NCBI GenBank assembly: GCA_036381255.1
Contig: DASVDG010000131.1
Coordinates: forward strand, 1,670 to 65,669
DNA: 64,000 nucleotides
Direction: 5' to 3'
Source of the DNA: Longimicrobiales bacterium
GTDB taxonomy: Bacteria > Gemmatimonadota > Gemmatimonadetes > Longimicrobiales > RSA9
Part shown: positions 39,701 through 46,512 of the stretch, in pieces
Position numbering within the stretch: position 1 is the stretch's first letter
How the letters are laid out: the number at the start of each line of letters is the position of its first letter
Translations under genes and position numbers: made by a program
The notes under the pieces: model-generated
What the model was told of the DNA's origin: nothing
What the model saw: only the letters and a program-made list of their open reading frames with translations
The model's database searches: none

Positions 39701-40046
39701 GGCGGACCGCCTGGACCAGCCGGGCGGGCCGGTCGCCGGCGCCGCGGTTCCGACCAGCGTGTTGCGCCCGGACGAGGTCTTCGCGCTGAGCGAGAACCCG
39801 GTCCTGTCCGACCGCGTGATCTTCAATTTTCGCGAGCGGCCGCAGATCGCCGCGGTGTACACGCTGGGCGGCGCGCGCGTCGTCGACCTGCTGGCCCGGA
39901 TGGAAACCGACGGCCGCGTGGAATGGGACCTCACGAACGAGCGGGGCTCGGCGGTCGCGCCGGGGATCTACCTGGCCGTCTTCCGCGTGGCGGGCCGGTT
40001 GATCACCGAGAAGCTCATCATCGTGCGGCCGCGGAGGGAGGAGTAG
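36726..40046 (+). CDS. Secreted S8 (subtilisin-family) serine protease with two Big_2-like Ig repeats and a T9SS-type/FlgD-Ig-like C-terminal domain
   Basis: The catalytic residues sit in FDTGVDY (Asp), DGHGTHV (His) and GTSMAAPHVTG (Ser). The Big_2-like repeats lie at ~38.8-39.3 kb. The C-terminal ~85 aa read VIFNFRERPQIAAVYTLGGARVVDLL...APGIYLAVFRVAGRLITEKLIIVR. The start is taken at TTG 36726, before the signal peptide KAAALFCLGFLVLVPGVAGA. Confidence 0.85.
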   Translation: MKAAALFCLGFLVLVPGVAGARQRPYVDPALRRLMRAGAPEAAERALARAQAERGRPPARDPGRPGPEDRFAALALDRGAPGGGPRIGVLVRLREPVAAGLAALRRTGARVGTVVGDLATARVPIDALPRLVSAVELERVGPARRLSLLNDSTMKVIRATAVRRRDGDVWYGSAGHGVVVGIFDTGVDYAHEDFRDARGHSRILGVWDMGVGGTPPAGFGYGHVCDRASLTDGSCPTRDRDGHGTHVLGTAAGDGSAAGTGTAYRYAGVAPAAELLVVRGLAYTEDEIIDGVRWIFETAEALGRPAVVNLSLGRQGGPRDGTSSIAQMLDGLSGPGRIIVVAAGNDGANGNAEGAPPGRLFHAQAAPAVGVSADFQLRVPSRTPVTGACNDFGEIELWYDGLDRVDVSVIRPDGRTVRAAFGALVAAPDADGLVLIDNASGGADPANGDHLALIEISDCPVDGASSGAPEPGTWTIRAVPTSPASGRPLHLWISQSSYGGGGRYSGVSENFDNAYTITVPGTAREVVTVGAFVTRLDWASLGGTEGYGQREAIGDIAYFSGAGPTRDGRLKPELAAPGRAVISALSEDAFRPPDSQIATDGVHWVLQGTSMAAPHVTGAVAALLQHDPTLGPAEVKSILASTARQDAFTSRSYTGEPPGTPNHQWGHGKLDVRAAVEALVDPAAVAGVLVLPAADSVTPGRTITLAAQPYGAFGDAADAPVAWSTSDASVATVAADGTVTGVALGTATITATAGGATGTATIVVVPPVATVAISPASATLVAGEDTVLVATPRDSAGRALQGREVAWMSTDTTVATVDAAGRVASRAVGTAAVVATVEERSDTAHLEVVAPSTLIVAAEPVAAAPTSTRKGDRIALLRLRLRVEGPEAVRIRQIGFTVTGEDPLARAQLVDDRDADAALDDGEPVVTGMKLALVRGEETPLDFRPGSMVVDVGDTASVLLALELSGHAPNGTTFQARYEPERLSTVGVRSGQADRLDQPGGPVAGAAVPTSVLRPDEVFALSENPVLSDRVIFNFRERPQIAAVYTLGGARVVDLLARMETDGRVEWDLTNERGSAVAPGIYLAVFRVAGRLITEKLIIVRPRREE

Positions 40047-40049
40047 GCG

Positions 40050-41177
40050 ATGACGATGCGCACACGAGCACGGCGGCCGGACGCGCCGCGCGCGGAACGC
40101 CCGCGGTGCTCCGCGGGCGAGCGGTGCGGGCGGCGCGCGCCGGGGGCGTCGGGCGCGGCGCCTGCCCCGAGCGCTCGGGCCGTGCCGGCACACCCCGGGC
40201 CGCGCGCCGCGTCGGCGACGCTCCTCAGAGCCGCAGCCCTCGTGGCGGCGCTCGGGGCGATCGCGCCGGCGCCGTCGCACGCCCAGGACGGCGCCGGCTC
40301 GACCGGCGCGACGGTGCTCCAGCTCCCGGCAGGGAGCCGGGCCGCGGCGCTCGCGGGTGCGTACGCCGCCGTGGCGGGCGATGCGGACGTGCTGTTCTAC
40401 AACCCGGCGGGCGCGGCGGGCGTGGGCGCCGCGGCGAGCCTCGCCTACGAGCGGCGCGTGGTGGACATCGTCTTCGGCTCCGCGGCAGGCGCGCTCGGCA
40501 TCGGCCCGGTCGTGCTGGGACTGGCGGTGACGTACCTCGACGCGGGCGAGGTCGAGGTCATCGAGCCGGACCCGGACTACGGCGGCCAGCGCGGCCGCGA
40601 GACGGGAGAAACGGTCGGCGCCTCCGAGAGCGCCGCGCGCCTCGCCGTGGCGGTGCCGCTCGGCGGCGTCCGGCTCGGCGCCGCGCTCGGCGTGGTCACG
40701 AGCAACCTGGCGGGGCTGACCCGGTCCGCGCCGTTCGTGGACCTCGGCGCCCAGTTCGAGGTGTACGGCGCGACCGTCGGCGCGGCGCTGCGCAACCTGG
40801 GCGGCGCGCTGAGCGGCGACGACGCGGTGGACGCGCCGCTGCCGTCCGAGGCGCGGCTCGGGGTGCGCTTCGAGCGGGCCCGCGCGACCGGCCTCGGCTT
40901 CACCGTCGGCGCGGACCTGGCCTCCGACCTGCGTGCCGGCACCACCTGGCTGGCCGGCGGCGTCGAGGCCGGGCTGCTGCCGGGCGTCGACCGGCACTAC
41001 GGCGCCGTCGCCCGGCTCAGCCTCGACAGCCGCGACCGCGACGACGCGCTCCGCACGCTCCGACTCGGCGCCGGCATCACACTCGACCGGCTCGGGTTCG
41101 ACTACACGTACCAGGAGTTCGAGCACTTCGGCGGAATCCACCGGATCGGGATCCGCTGGTCGCGGCCGCCGCGGTAG
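40050..41177 (+). CDS. PorV/PorQ-like outer-membrane beta-barrel protein
   Basis: The mature N-terminus (GATVLQLPAGSRAAALAGAYAAVAGDADVLFYNPAGAA) resembles the PorV-family signature. The rest alternates beta-strand-like segments and ends in an aromatic-rich strand. The start is uncertain: GTG 40182 would give a cleaner signal peptide. Confidence 0.6.
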   Translation: MTMRTRARRPDAPRAERPRCSAGERCGRRAPGASGAAPAPSARAVPAHPGPRAASATLLRAAALVAALGAIAPAPSHAQDGAGSTGATVLQLPAGSRAAALAGAYAAVAGDADVLFYNPAGAAGVGAAASLAYERRVVDIVFGSAAGALGIGPVVLGLAVTYLDAGEVEVIEPDPDYGGQRGRETGETVGASESAARLAVAVPLGGVRLGAALGVVTSNLAGLTRSAPFVDLGAQFEVYGATVGAALRNLGGALSGDDAVDAPLPSEARLGVRFERARATGLGFTVGADLASDLRAGTTWLAGGVEAGLLPGVDRHYGAVARLSLDSRDRDDALRTLRLGAGITLDRLGFDYTYQEFEHFGGIHRIGIRWSRPPR

Positions 41178-41192
41178 CGGAGACGGGCGCCG

Positions 41193-41411
41193 TCACGACA
41201 GCGCGTCGCGTTGCCCCCTCGCGACCTCGCGGACCCAGAGCTGGTAGTCGATCGCGGCGGTCAACGCGGCCTCGATGCTGCGGACCATGTCGCGCTCGCC
41301 GACCTCGCGCCGGGCGCGCTCGACGAGATCCGTGTCGAGCAGGAACGTGAAGGGCCTGCGGTCGACCCCGCGCCGGGGCCGGGCGATCCGGTTTGCTCCG
41401 TTCCGTGTCAT
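41193..41411 (-). CDS. Small VapB/ribbon-helix-helix-like antitoxin-type protein (72 aa), no partner toxin
   Basis: Reads RRPFTFLLDTDLVERARREVGERDMVRSIEAALTAAI, resembling Rv0623/VapB-type antitoxins. GGAGGG Shine-Dalgarno 5 nt upstream of ATG 41411. Confidence 0.45.
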   Translation of the reverse strand: MTRNGANRIARPRRGVDRRPFTFLLDTDLVERARREVGERDMVRSIEAALTAAIDYQLWVREVARGQRDALS

Positions 41412-41547
41412 GCGTCCCTCCGGATGCGGCTCTCGCGCTCGCGCCGGCGCGGCGCGCGCCGGCGGACGACGTCCCGGAGGGTGGGTCGCGGTCGCGGGCG
41501 CGGCCATAGCGGGACCGGCCGGGCCGTCGCGAATCGGCGCAACGACT

Positions 41548-41570
41548 TGCGCGATGCGGAGAATCGCGCA
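41548..41570 (+). promoter_or_regulatory. Inverted repeat (candidate operator or RNA hairpin) just upstream of the Cpn10-like gene
   Basis: TGCGCGAT (41548-41555), 7-nt spacer, ATCGCGCA (41563-41570). It ends 11 nt before the ATG at 41582. Confidence 0.4.
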
Positions 41571-41581
41571 TCTTTCGAGGT

Positions 41582-41962
41582 ATGGAAACGAATCAGAAGC
41601 GACTGATCGTGGTCGGCGACCGGGTGCTGATCGCACCCGAGGAGGGGGAGGACCGCAGCCGCGTCGGGCTGTACCTGCCGCCGACCGCAGTGGACAACCA
41701 GGCGGTACAGGGCGGGACCGTGGTCGCGTCCGGGCCGGGCACGCCGATCTCCGCGCCGACGGAGCTGAACGACGAGCCGTGGAAGATCACGAGCGGTGAA
41801 GCGCGGTATCTGCCGGTGCAGGCGCGGGTCGGCGATTACGCGATCTTCTTCCGCCGTGCCGCGGTCGAGATCACGTTCGAGGACAAGCGGTACCTTGTCG
41901 TGCCGCAGGCGGCGATCCTGGTGCTGGTCCGCGAGCCGCACCCGGAGGACGAGCCCTGGTGA
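41582..41962 (+). CDS. GroES/Cpn10-like co-chaperonin family protein (divergent, with insertion)
   Basis: LIVVGDRVLIAPEEGEDRSRVGLYLP...GGTVVASGPG...VGDYAIFF follows the Cpn10 beta-barrel pattern. There is a ~25-aa insertion. No groEL gene is adjacent. Confidence 0.6.
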   Translation: METNQKRLIVVGDRVLIAPEEGEDRSRVGLYLPPTAVDNQAVQGGTVVASGPGTPISAPTELNDEPWKITSGEARYLPVQARVGDYAIFFRRAAVEITFEDKRYLVVPQAAILVLVREPHPEDEPW

Positions 41963-42017
41963 CGCGGTCGGCGCGGCACCCGTGTGTCGCGGCCGGGTAG
42001 TAGAGGAAGGAATCGAG

Positions 42018-42045
42018 CGGCCCCGGATCCGGGGCCGTTTCTTTT
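42018..42045 (+). terminator. Canonical intrinsic terminator between the Cpn10-like gene and hslO
   Basis: 20-nt perfect palindrome CGGCCCCGGATCCGGGGCCG (42018-42037), immediately followed by TTTCTTTT. It ends 16 nt before the hslO ATG. Confidence 0.7.
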
Positions 42046-42061
42046 GAGCACGAAGGTGAGG

Positions 42062-42979
42062 ATGTCGGTGAACGAACGCATGGAGCGGTCGCGGCTGGTG
42101 CGCGTCGCCGCCCGGGACGGGCGGATTCGCGCCTTCGCGGCTGACACGACGGAGGTGGTGGCGGAGCTGCAGTCGCGCCACGGGACGTACCCCGCGGTGA
42201 CGGCGGCGCTCGGCCGGCTGGCGACCGGCGCGCTGCTGCTCGGCTCGATGCTGAAGGAGCCGGAACACCAGGTCACGCTGCGGGTGCAGGGCGACGGCCC
42301 GGCCGGGACGCTGCTCGCGAGCGCGACCGGCGCCGGCGACGTGCGCGGGCTGGTCACGAACCCGCGGCCGGAGGTCGACCAGGCGCGCGACGGCAAGCTG
42401 AACGTGTCGGGCGTGGTCGGCCGGAACGGGCAGATCCGTGTGACGCGGGACCTCGGGATGCGTCATCCCTATTCGAGCGCCGTTGAGCTGGTCTCGGGCG
42501 AGATCGGCGACGACCTGGCCTCGTACCTGGCGCGGAGCGAGCAGGTCCCCTCCGCGGTCGGGATCGGCGTCTTCGTCCGGGCGGACGGCTCGGTCGAGGC
42601 CGCCGGCGGGTACATCGTGCAGCTCATGCCGGGCGCGACGGAGGACGACGCCGCCAGGATCGAGGCGGCGATCCGGTCGCTGCCGCACCCGACGACGATG
42701 CTGCGCGCGGGTGAGACGCCCGAGCAGATCCTGGACCGGATCTTCCCCGAAGGCTACGATACGCTGGCGACGATGGGGGTCCGGTTCCACTGCCCGTGCT
42801 CGCGCGATCGCGCGGAGCGGGCGCTGGTGCTGCTCGGCGCCGCCGAGCTGTCGTCGCTGCGCGAGAAGGACGCGGACCAGGGGCACAGCGAGCTGGTCTG
42901 CGAGTTCTGCAAGACGCCGTATCGCTTCACCGGCGAGGAGATCGACGCGCTGATCGCGGCAGCGCGGGCGGACGCGTAG
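42062..42979 (+). CDS. hslO: Hsp33 redox-regulated chaperone
   Basis: 305 aa from MSVNERMERSRLVRV. The C-terminal zinc-centre motifs CPCS and CEFCKTPY are present. GGTGAGG Shine-Dalgarno. Confidence 0.9.
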   Translation: MSVNERMERSRLVRVAARDGRIRAFAADTTEVVAELQSRHGTYPAVTAALGRLATGALLLGSMLKEPEHQVTLRVQGDGPAGTLLASATGAGDVRGLVTNPRPEVDQARDGKLNVSGVVGRNGQIRVTRDLGMRHPYSSAVELVSGEIGDDLASYLARSEQVPSAVGIGVFVRADGSVEAAGGYIVQLMPGATEDDAARIEAAIRSLPHPTTMLRAGETPEQILDRIFPEGYDTLATMGVRFHCPCSRDRAERALVLLGAAELSSLREKDADQGHSELVCEFCKTPYRFTGEEIDALIAAARADA

Positions 42980-43055
42980 TCCGTCGCGTCCGTTGCGGTG
43001 AGCGCGCGGCGCGCCAGCGCGCCGGCCCGCGGGCCGGCGCGGCACCCTCGATCCG

Positions 43056-43856
43056 ATGCTTCACCGCAGGGCCATGAGACGACGACGCAACGAAGGCGAC
43101 GCCGCCGCGAGCGAGTCGCGACCCGACATGATCACCGAGCTGGAACGGATGGTGGGGCGCGGCCTGCTTGTCCTCGTCCTGCTGCCATTCCTCGTCATCA
43201 GCGGACTGGGCGTCGGGAGACTCACGCATCGCGCGCTCGCGCTGCCGGAAGACGTGCCCGTGCGCATGCCGAGCGACCGGGCGGTGCCGCGCGCCCGGCT
43301 CGAGGCCTTGAGCCGCGTGATGGCGCGGCTGCGCAACTCGGGCGAGCGCACGGCCGAGTACGTGGTGCTCTACCAGGAGCACGTCGCGCCCGTCGAGGCA
43401 TCGCTCCGCCGCCGGAACGTCGCCGCGGCGACGGCGCGCAGGATCGCATGGCCGCTCGTCGAATACGCGTACAAGCGCGGCCTCGACCCCGTCACGGTCC
43501 TCGCCGTCCTGCTGATCGAGAGCGAGGGGAACCCGAAGGCGACGAGCCCCGTCGGCGCCCGCGGGCTCATGCAGGTGATGCCGTGGTGGGTCGGGCGCAT
43601 CGACGAATGCGGCCGCGACCTGTACGACATCGAGGACAACCTCTGCACCGGCACCTGGATCCTGGCCGAGGCGCTCGGCCGGCTGAACGACGAGCGCCGG
43701 GCGCTCCTCGCCTACAACGGCTGCGTGACCGGCTCCTTCACCCCGGACTGCCACCTCTACCCGGACAAGGTCGCCCGCATCCGGCGCGAGCTCCTGGCCG
43801 AGTGGGAGGCGCGGCGCCCCGACGCGGCCGGCGCCGCGGCGCTCGCGGAGGAGTGA
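43056..43856 (+). CDS. Membrane-anchored lytic transglycosylase (SLT domain)
   Basis: LLIESEGNPKATSPVGARGLMQVMPWW ... LLAYNGC, with the catalytic ES. N-terminal TM anchor (LLVLVLLPFLVISGLG). The start is uncertain. Confidence 0.75.
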   Translation: MLHRRAMRRRRNEGDAAASESRPDMITELERMVGRGLLVLVLLPFLVISGLGVGRLTHRALALPEDVPVRMPSDRAVPRARLEALSRVMARLRNSGERTAEYVVLYQEHVAPVEASLRRRNVAAATARRIAWPLVEYAYKRGLDPVTVLAVLLIESEGNPKATSPVGARGLMQVMPWWVGRIDECGRDLYDIEDNLCTGTWILAEALGRLNDERRALLAYNGCVTGSFTPDCHLYPDKVARIRRELLAEWEARRPDAAGAAALAEE

Positions 43857-43904
43857 CGGCGATCGCCGGGACCCGGGTCCGGCGGTGGCCGCGGCGAGCC
43901 GCGC

Positions 43905-45263
43905 TCAGCCCAGCTCCTCGAGCAGCGCGGCGGCGGCGTGCGTCCCCTTCTCGAAGTTCTCGACGCCGAGCCACTCGTCGGGCGCGTGGGCGTTCTCGCC
44001 CGGCAGCCCGAACCCCATGAGCAGCGTCGGCGCGCCGAGCACCCGCTCGAACGCGGGCACGATCGGGATCGAGCCGCCCACGCCCGCGTAGACGGGCGCG
44101 CGGCCGAACGCACGCTCGAGCGCCCGCGCCGCCGCCTCGTAGAGACGGCCCCCCAGCCGCGCTTTCCACGGCTCGGCGCCGTGCAGCAGGCGCACGTTCA
44201 CGTTCACACCCGCCGGCGCGACGCGTCGTACGTGCGCCTCGAACAACTCGCGGATCCGCTCGGGGTGCTGGTCCGGCACGAGGCGGCAGCTCACCTTCGC
44301 CATCGCCCGCGCCGGGAGCACCGTCTTCGACCCCTCGCCCGTGTAACCGGAGAGCATGCCGTTCACGTCGAGCGTCGGCCGCACCCAGAGCCGCTCCAGC
44401 GTGCCATACCCCGCCTCGCCGCCCAGCTCCGGCGCGCCGACCTCGGAGCGGAACGCCTCTTCGTCGAACGGCAGCGCCCGGATCCGGTCGGCGAACTCCG
44501 GCGCCGCCGCGACATCGTCGTAGAAGCCCGCGATCGCGACCCGCCCCTCGTCGTCGTGGAAGCTCGCGATGATGCGCGCCAGCGCGTTGGCCGGGTTCAC
44601 CACCGCGCCGCCGTAGCTCCCCGAATGCAGATCCTGCGACGGGCCGTCGACGTGGATCTCGAAGTACGCCATCCCCCGCAGCGACACGTCGATCGACGGC
44701 ACGCCCGGCGCGAACATCGCCGAATCCGAGATCACGACGGCCGCCGCCTTCAGCCGATCGGCGTTGCGCTCGACGAACGGCATCAGGTTCGCGCTGCCGA
44801 CCTCCTCCTCGCCCTCCGCCAGGATCACGAGGTTGACCGGGAGCCGGCCGTTCGCCCGCATGTGCGCCTCGACCGCCTTGACGTGCAGGAAGAGCTGGCC
44901 TTTGTCATCCACCGAGCCGCGCGCGTAGATGCGCCCGTCGCGCACCGTCGGCTCGAACGGCGGCGACGTCCACAGCTCGAGCGGCTCCGGCGGCTGTACG
45001 TCGTAATGGCCGTAGATGAGGACCGTCGGCGCGTCGTCGCCGGCGCCGCGCCATTCGCCCAGCACGATCGGGTGCCCCGGCGTCTCCTCGATCGTCGCCT
45101 CCAGCCCCGCCGCCCTCATCCGCTCGTACAACCACTCCGCCGCCGCACGCATGTCCTCGCGGTGCTCACTGCGCGCGCTCACGCTCGGGATGCGCAGGAA
45201 CTCGAACAGCTCCTCGCGGAAGCGAGGGAGATTCTCATCGATGTAATCGTGTACGTCCGCCAT
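43905..45263 (-). CDS. M20-family dipeptidase/metallohydrolase
   Basis: 452 aa from MADVHDYIDENLPRFREELFEFLRIPSVSA. The motifs HYDVQP, DDKGQ and EGEEE are present. The 565-aa ORF in the track adds a junk-like N-terminus. Confidence 0.85.
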   Translation of the reverse strand: MADVHDYIDENLPRFREELFEFLRIPSVSARSEHREDMRAAAEWLYERMRAAGLEATIEETPGHPIVLGEWRGAGDDAPTVLIYGHYDVQPPEPLELWTSPPFEPTVRDGRIYARGSVDDKGQLFLHVKAVEAHMRANGRLPVNLVILAEGEEEVGSANLMPFVERNADRLKAAAVVISDSAMFAPGVPSIDVSLRGMAYFEIHVDGPSQDLHSGSYGGAVVNPANALARIIASFHDDEGRVAIAGFYDDVAAAPEFADRIRALPFDEEAFRSEVGAPELGGEAGYGTLERLWVRPTLDVNGMLSGYTGEGSKTVLPARAMAKVSCRLVPDQHPERIRELFEAHVRRVAPAGVNVNVRLLHGAEPWKARLGGRLYEAAARALERAFGRAPVYAGVGGSIPIVPAFERVLGAPTLLMGFGLPGENAHAPDEWLGVENFEKGTHAAAALLEELG

Positions 45264-45469
45264 GCGATCGGTGCCTCCCGGTTCGGGTTCGCCGGATGGT
45301 GCGCACGGAGGGGCCGGCGCGCAAGTGTGGCGGGACGAAGGCGCGGTGCGCAGGGAGCGCGAGCGACGCGGCCGCGACTCATGGACCGACAACCTGGCGG
45401 CGACCGGCGCCGGGACGGCGGGCCCGAAGAGGACGGGGGCGCCGGGGCGGCCGGGCCGGTGCAACCGCG

Positions 45470-45615
45470 ACGCGCGGCACGGCGACGGGAGACCGCGTGG
45501 TGCAGCGCGGTCGCTGGTATAGCCGGCGCCACGCGCGGGAGGGCGACGGGAGATCTCCGAACGCGACCGGCTCGACCCGCAGGCAGACGCCACGCGCGGC
45601 ACGGCGACGGCCCGG
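45470..45615. repeat. Three copies of a ~22-24-nt motif phased exactly 61 bp apart in a 640-bp divergent intergenic region
   Basis: ACGCGCGGCACGGCGACGGGAGA starts at 45470. ACGCGCGGGAGGGCGACGGGAGA starts at 45531. ACGCGCGGCACGGCGACGGCCCG starts at 45592. The intervening sequences are unrelated. Confidence 0.85.
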
Positions 45616-45781
45616 AGTCAGGGGCCAGGTGTGCGGCGCGCGCCGGCATCTGTTCCGACCGTCCGACGGCCGACAGGCGGCCGGCCACGCTCGCTGCCGC
45701 CGATGACGACGCCCCCTGGCCGTGGGAGACCGTGCGTCTCGCGGGCCGGGGCCGGGGGCAGGAGCCGCCGTCACATCGTTA

Positions 45782-45810
45782 TTGACGTCCGCCACCGGCG
45801 GATCTATGGT
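45782..45810 (+). promoter_or_regulatory. Promoter of the single-domain rhodanese gene
   Basis: TTGACG (45782-45787), 17-nt spacer, TATGGT (45805-45810). Confidence 0.5.
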
Positions 45811-45906
45811 TTCCGGCACCCCCAGCAGGACGGCGGGCAGGACCTGACGCCGGGCACCCGACCCTCGCCGCGAGCGGTACACCCCCCAACCCGATCGGAG
45901 GTCCGT

Positions 45907-46287
45907 ATGAAAAGCGCCATGGAGCTGGTGAACGAGGCCAAGCGCAGGGTGGAGAACCTCACGGTGGAAGAGGTGGCCCGCGAGCTGGAGGCGGGCGCGC
46001 TCCTCGTGGACCTGCGCGAAGGCGAGGAGCGACGCGAGCACGGTACCATCCCGGGCGCCGTGCACATGCCCCGCGGGATGCTCGAGTTCTACGCCGACCG
46101 CACACTCCCCTATCACCGCCCGGAGCTCGACCCGGACCGCCGGATCATCCTGCACTGCGCCTCCGGCGGCCGCTCCGCCCTCGCCGCCGACCTGCTCCGC
46201 CAGATGGGCTACGCGAACGTCGCGCACCTCGATGGCGGGCTGAAGGCGTGGAAGGAGGCCGGCCAGCCGGTGGTCCAACCGGACTGA
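45907..46287 (+). CDS. Single-domain rhodanese sulfurtransferase
   Basis: 126 aa from MKSAMELVNEAKRR, with the active-site loop HCASGGRS. GGAGG Shine-Dalgarno. Confidence 0.85.
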   Translation: MKSAMELVNEAKRRVENLTVEEVARELEAGALLVDLREGEERREHGTIPGAVHMPRGMLEFYADRTLPYHRPELDPDRRIILHCASGGRSALAADLLRQMGYANVAHLDGGLKAWKEAGQPVVQPD

Positions 46288-46512
46288 CGGCTCCGCCGGT
46301 CCGGCACGACGGCGAGCGGGAGCGCGCTCGGCACGCAGCGGCAGCGCGATCGCCACGCCGCCGATCGTGCCCGCGGCCGAGCAGCGGCGTGGCGACCATC
46401 GCACCGGTGAGGTTGGCCGGCGTACGGAGGCCGAGATCCGTCGCAACACGGTCGCCGCCGCTCAGGGCGTCCCGCTCCCCGACCGGCCGCCGCTGCTGCA
46501 CTTCTGCGCACG

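Noticed and set aside
36204-41141. A 1645-aa ORF antisense to the S8 protease and PorV-like genes. Similar giants occur at 24576-28286 (antisense to gcvP), 12202-14880 (antisense to the transglycosylase), 6208-8205 and 5720-8047 (over polA), and 22151-24394.
   Set aside because: Their translations are dominated by Arg/Ala/Gly/Pro/Asp runs with no recognisable motifs. The opposite-strand or alternative-frame ORFs carry clear family signatures along their full length. Long stop-free shadow frames are expected in very GC-rich DNA.
45470-45615. A reading of the 61-bp-phased repeats as a CRISPR array.
   Set aside because: There are only three copies, and they are not identical (3 substitutions in the middle copy, a divergent 3' end in the third). 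They are short and low-complexity GC-rich. No cas genes or leader-like AT-rich region lie anywhere in the 64-kb window. I kept the array as a repeat/regulatory finding instead.
46288-46512. A 225-bp gap between the convergent rhodanese and membrane-protein genes, checked for a small gene, pseudogene remnant or ncRNA.
   Set aside because: All six frames give junk-like translations. I saw only a weak long-range inverted repeat (TCGCCACGCC ... GGCGTGGCGA) and recognised no conserved RNA motif.
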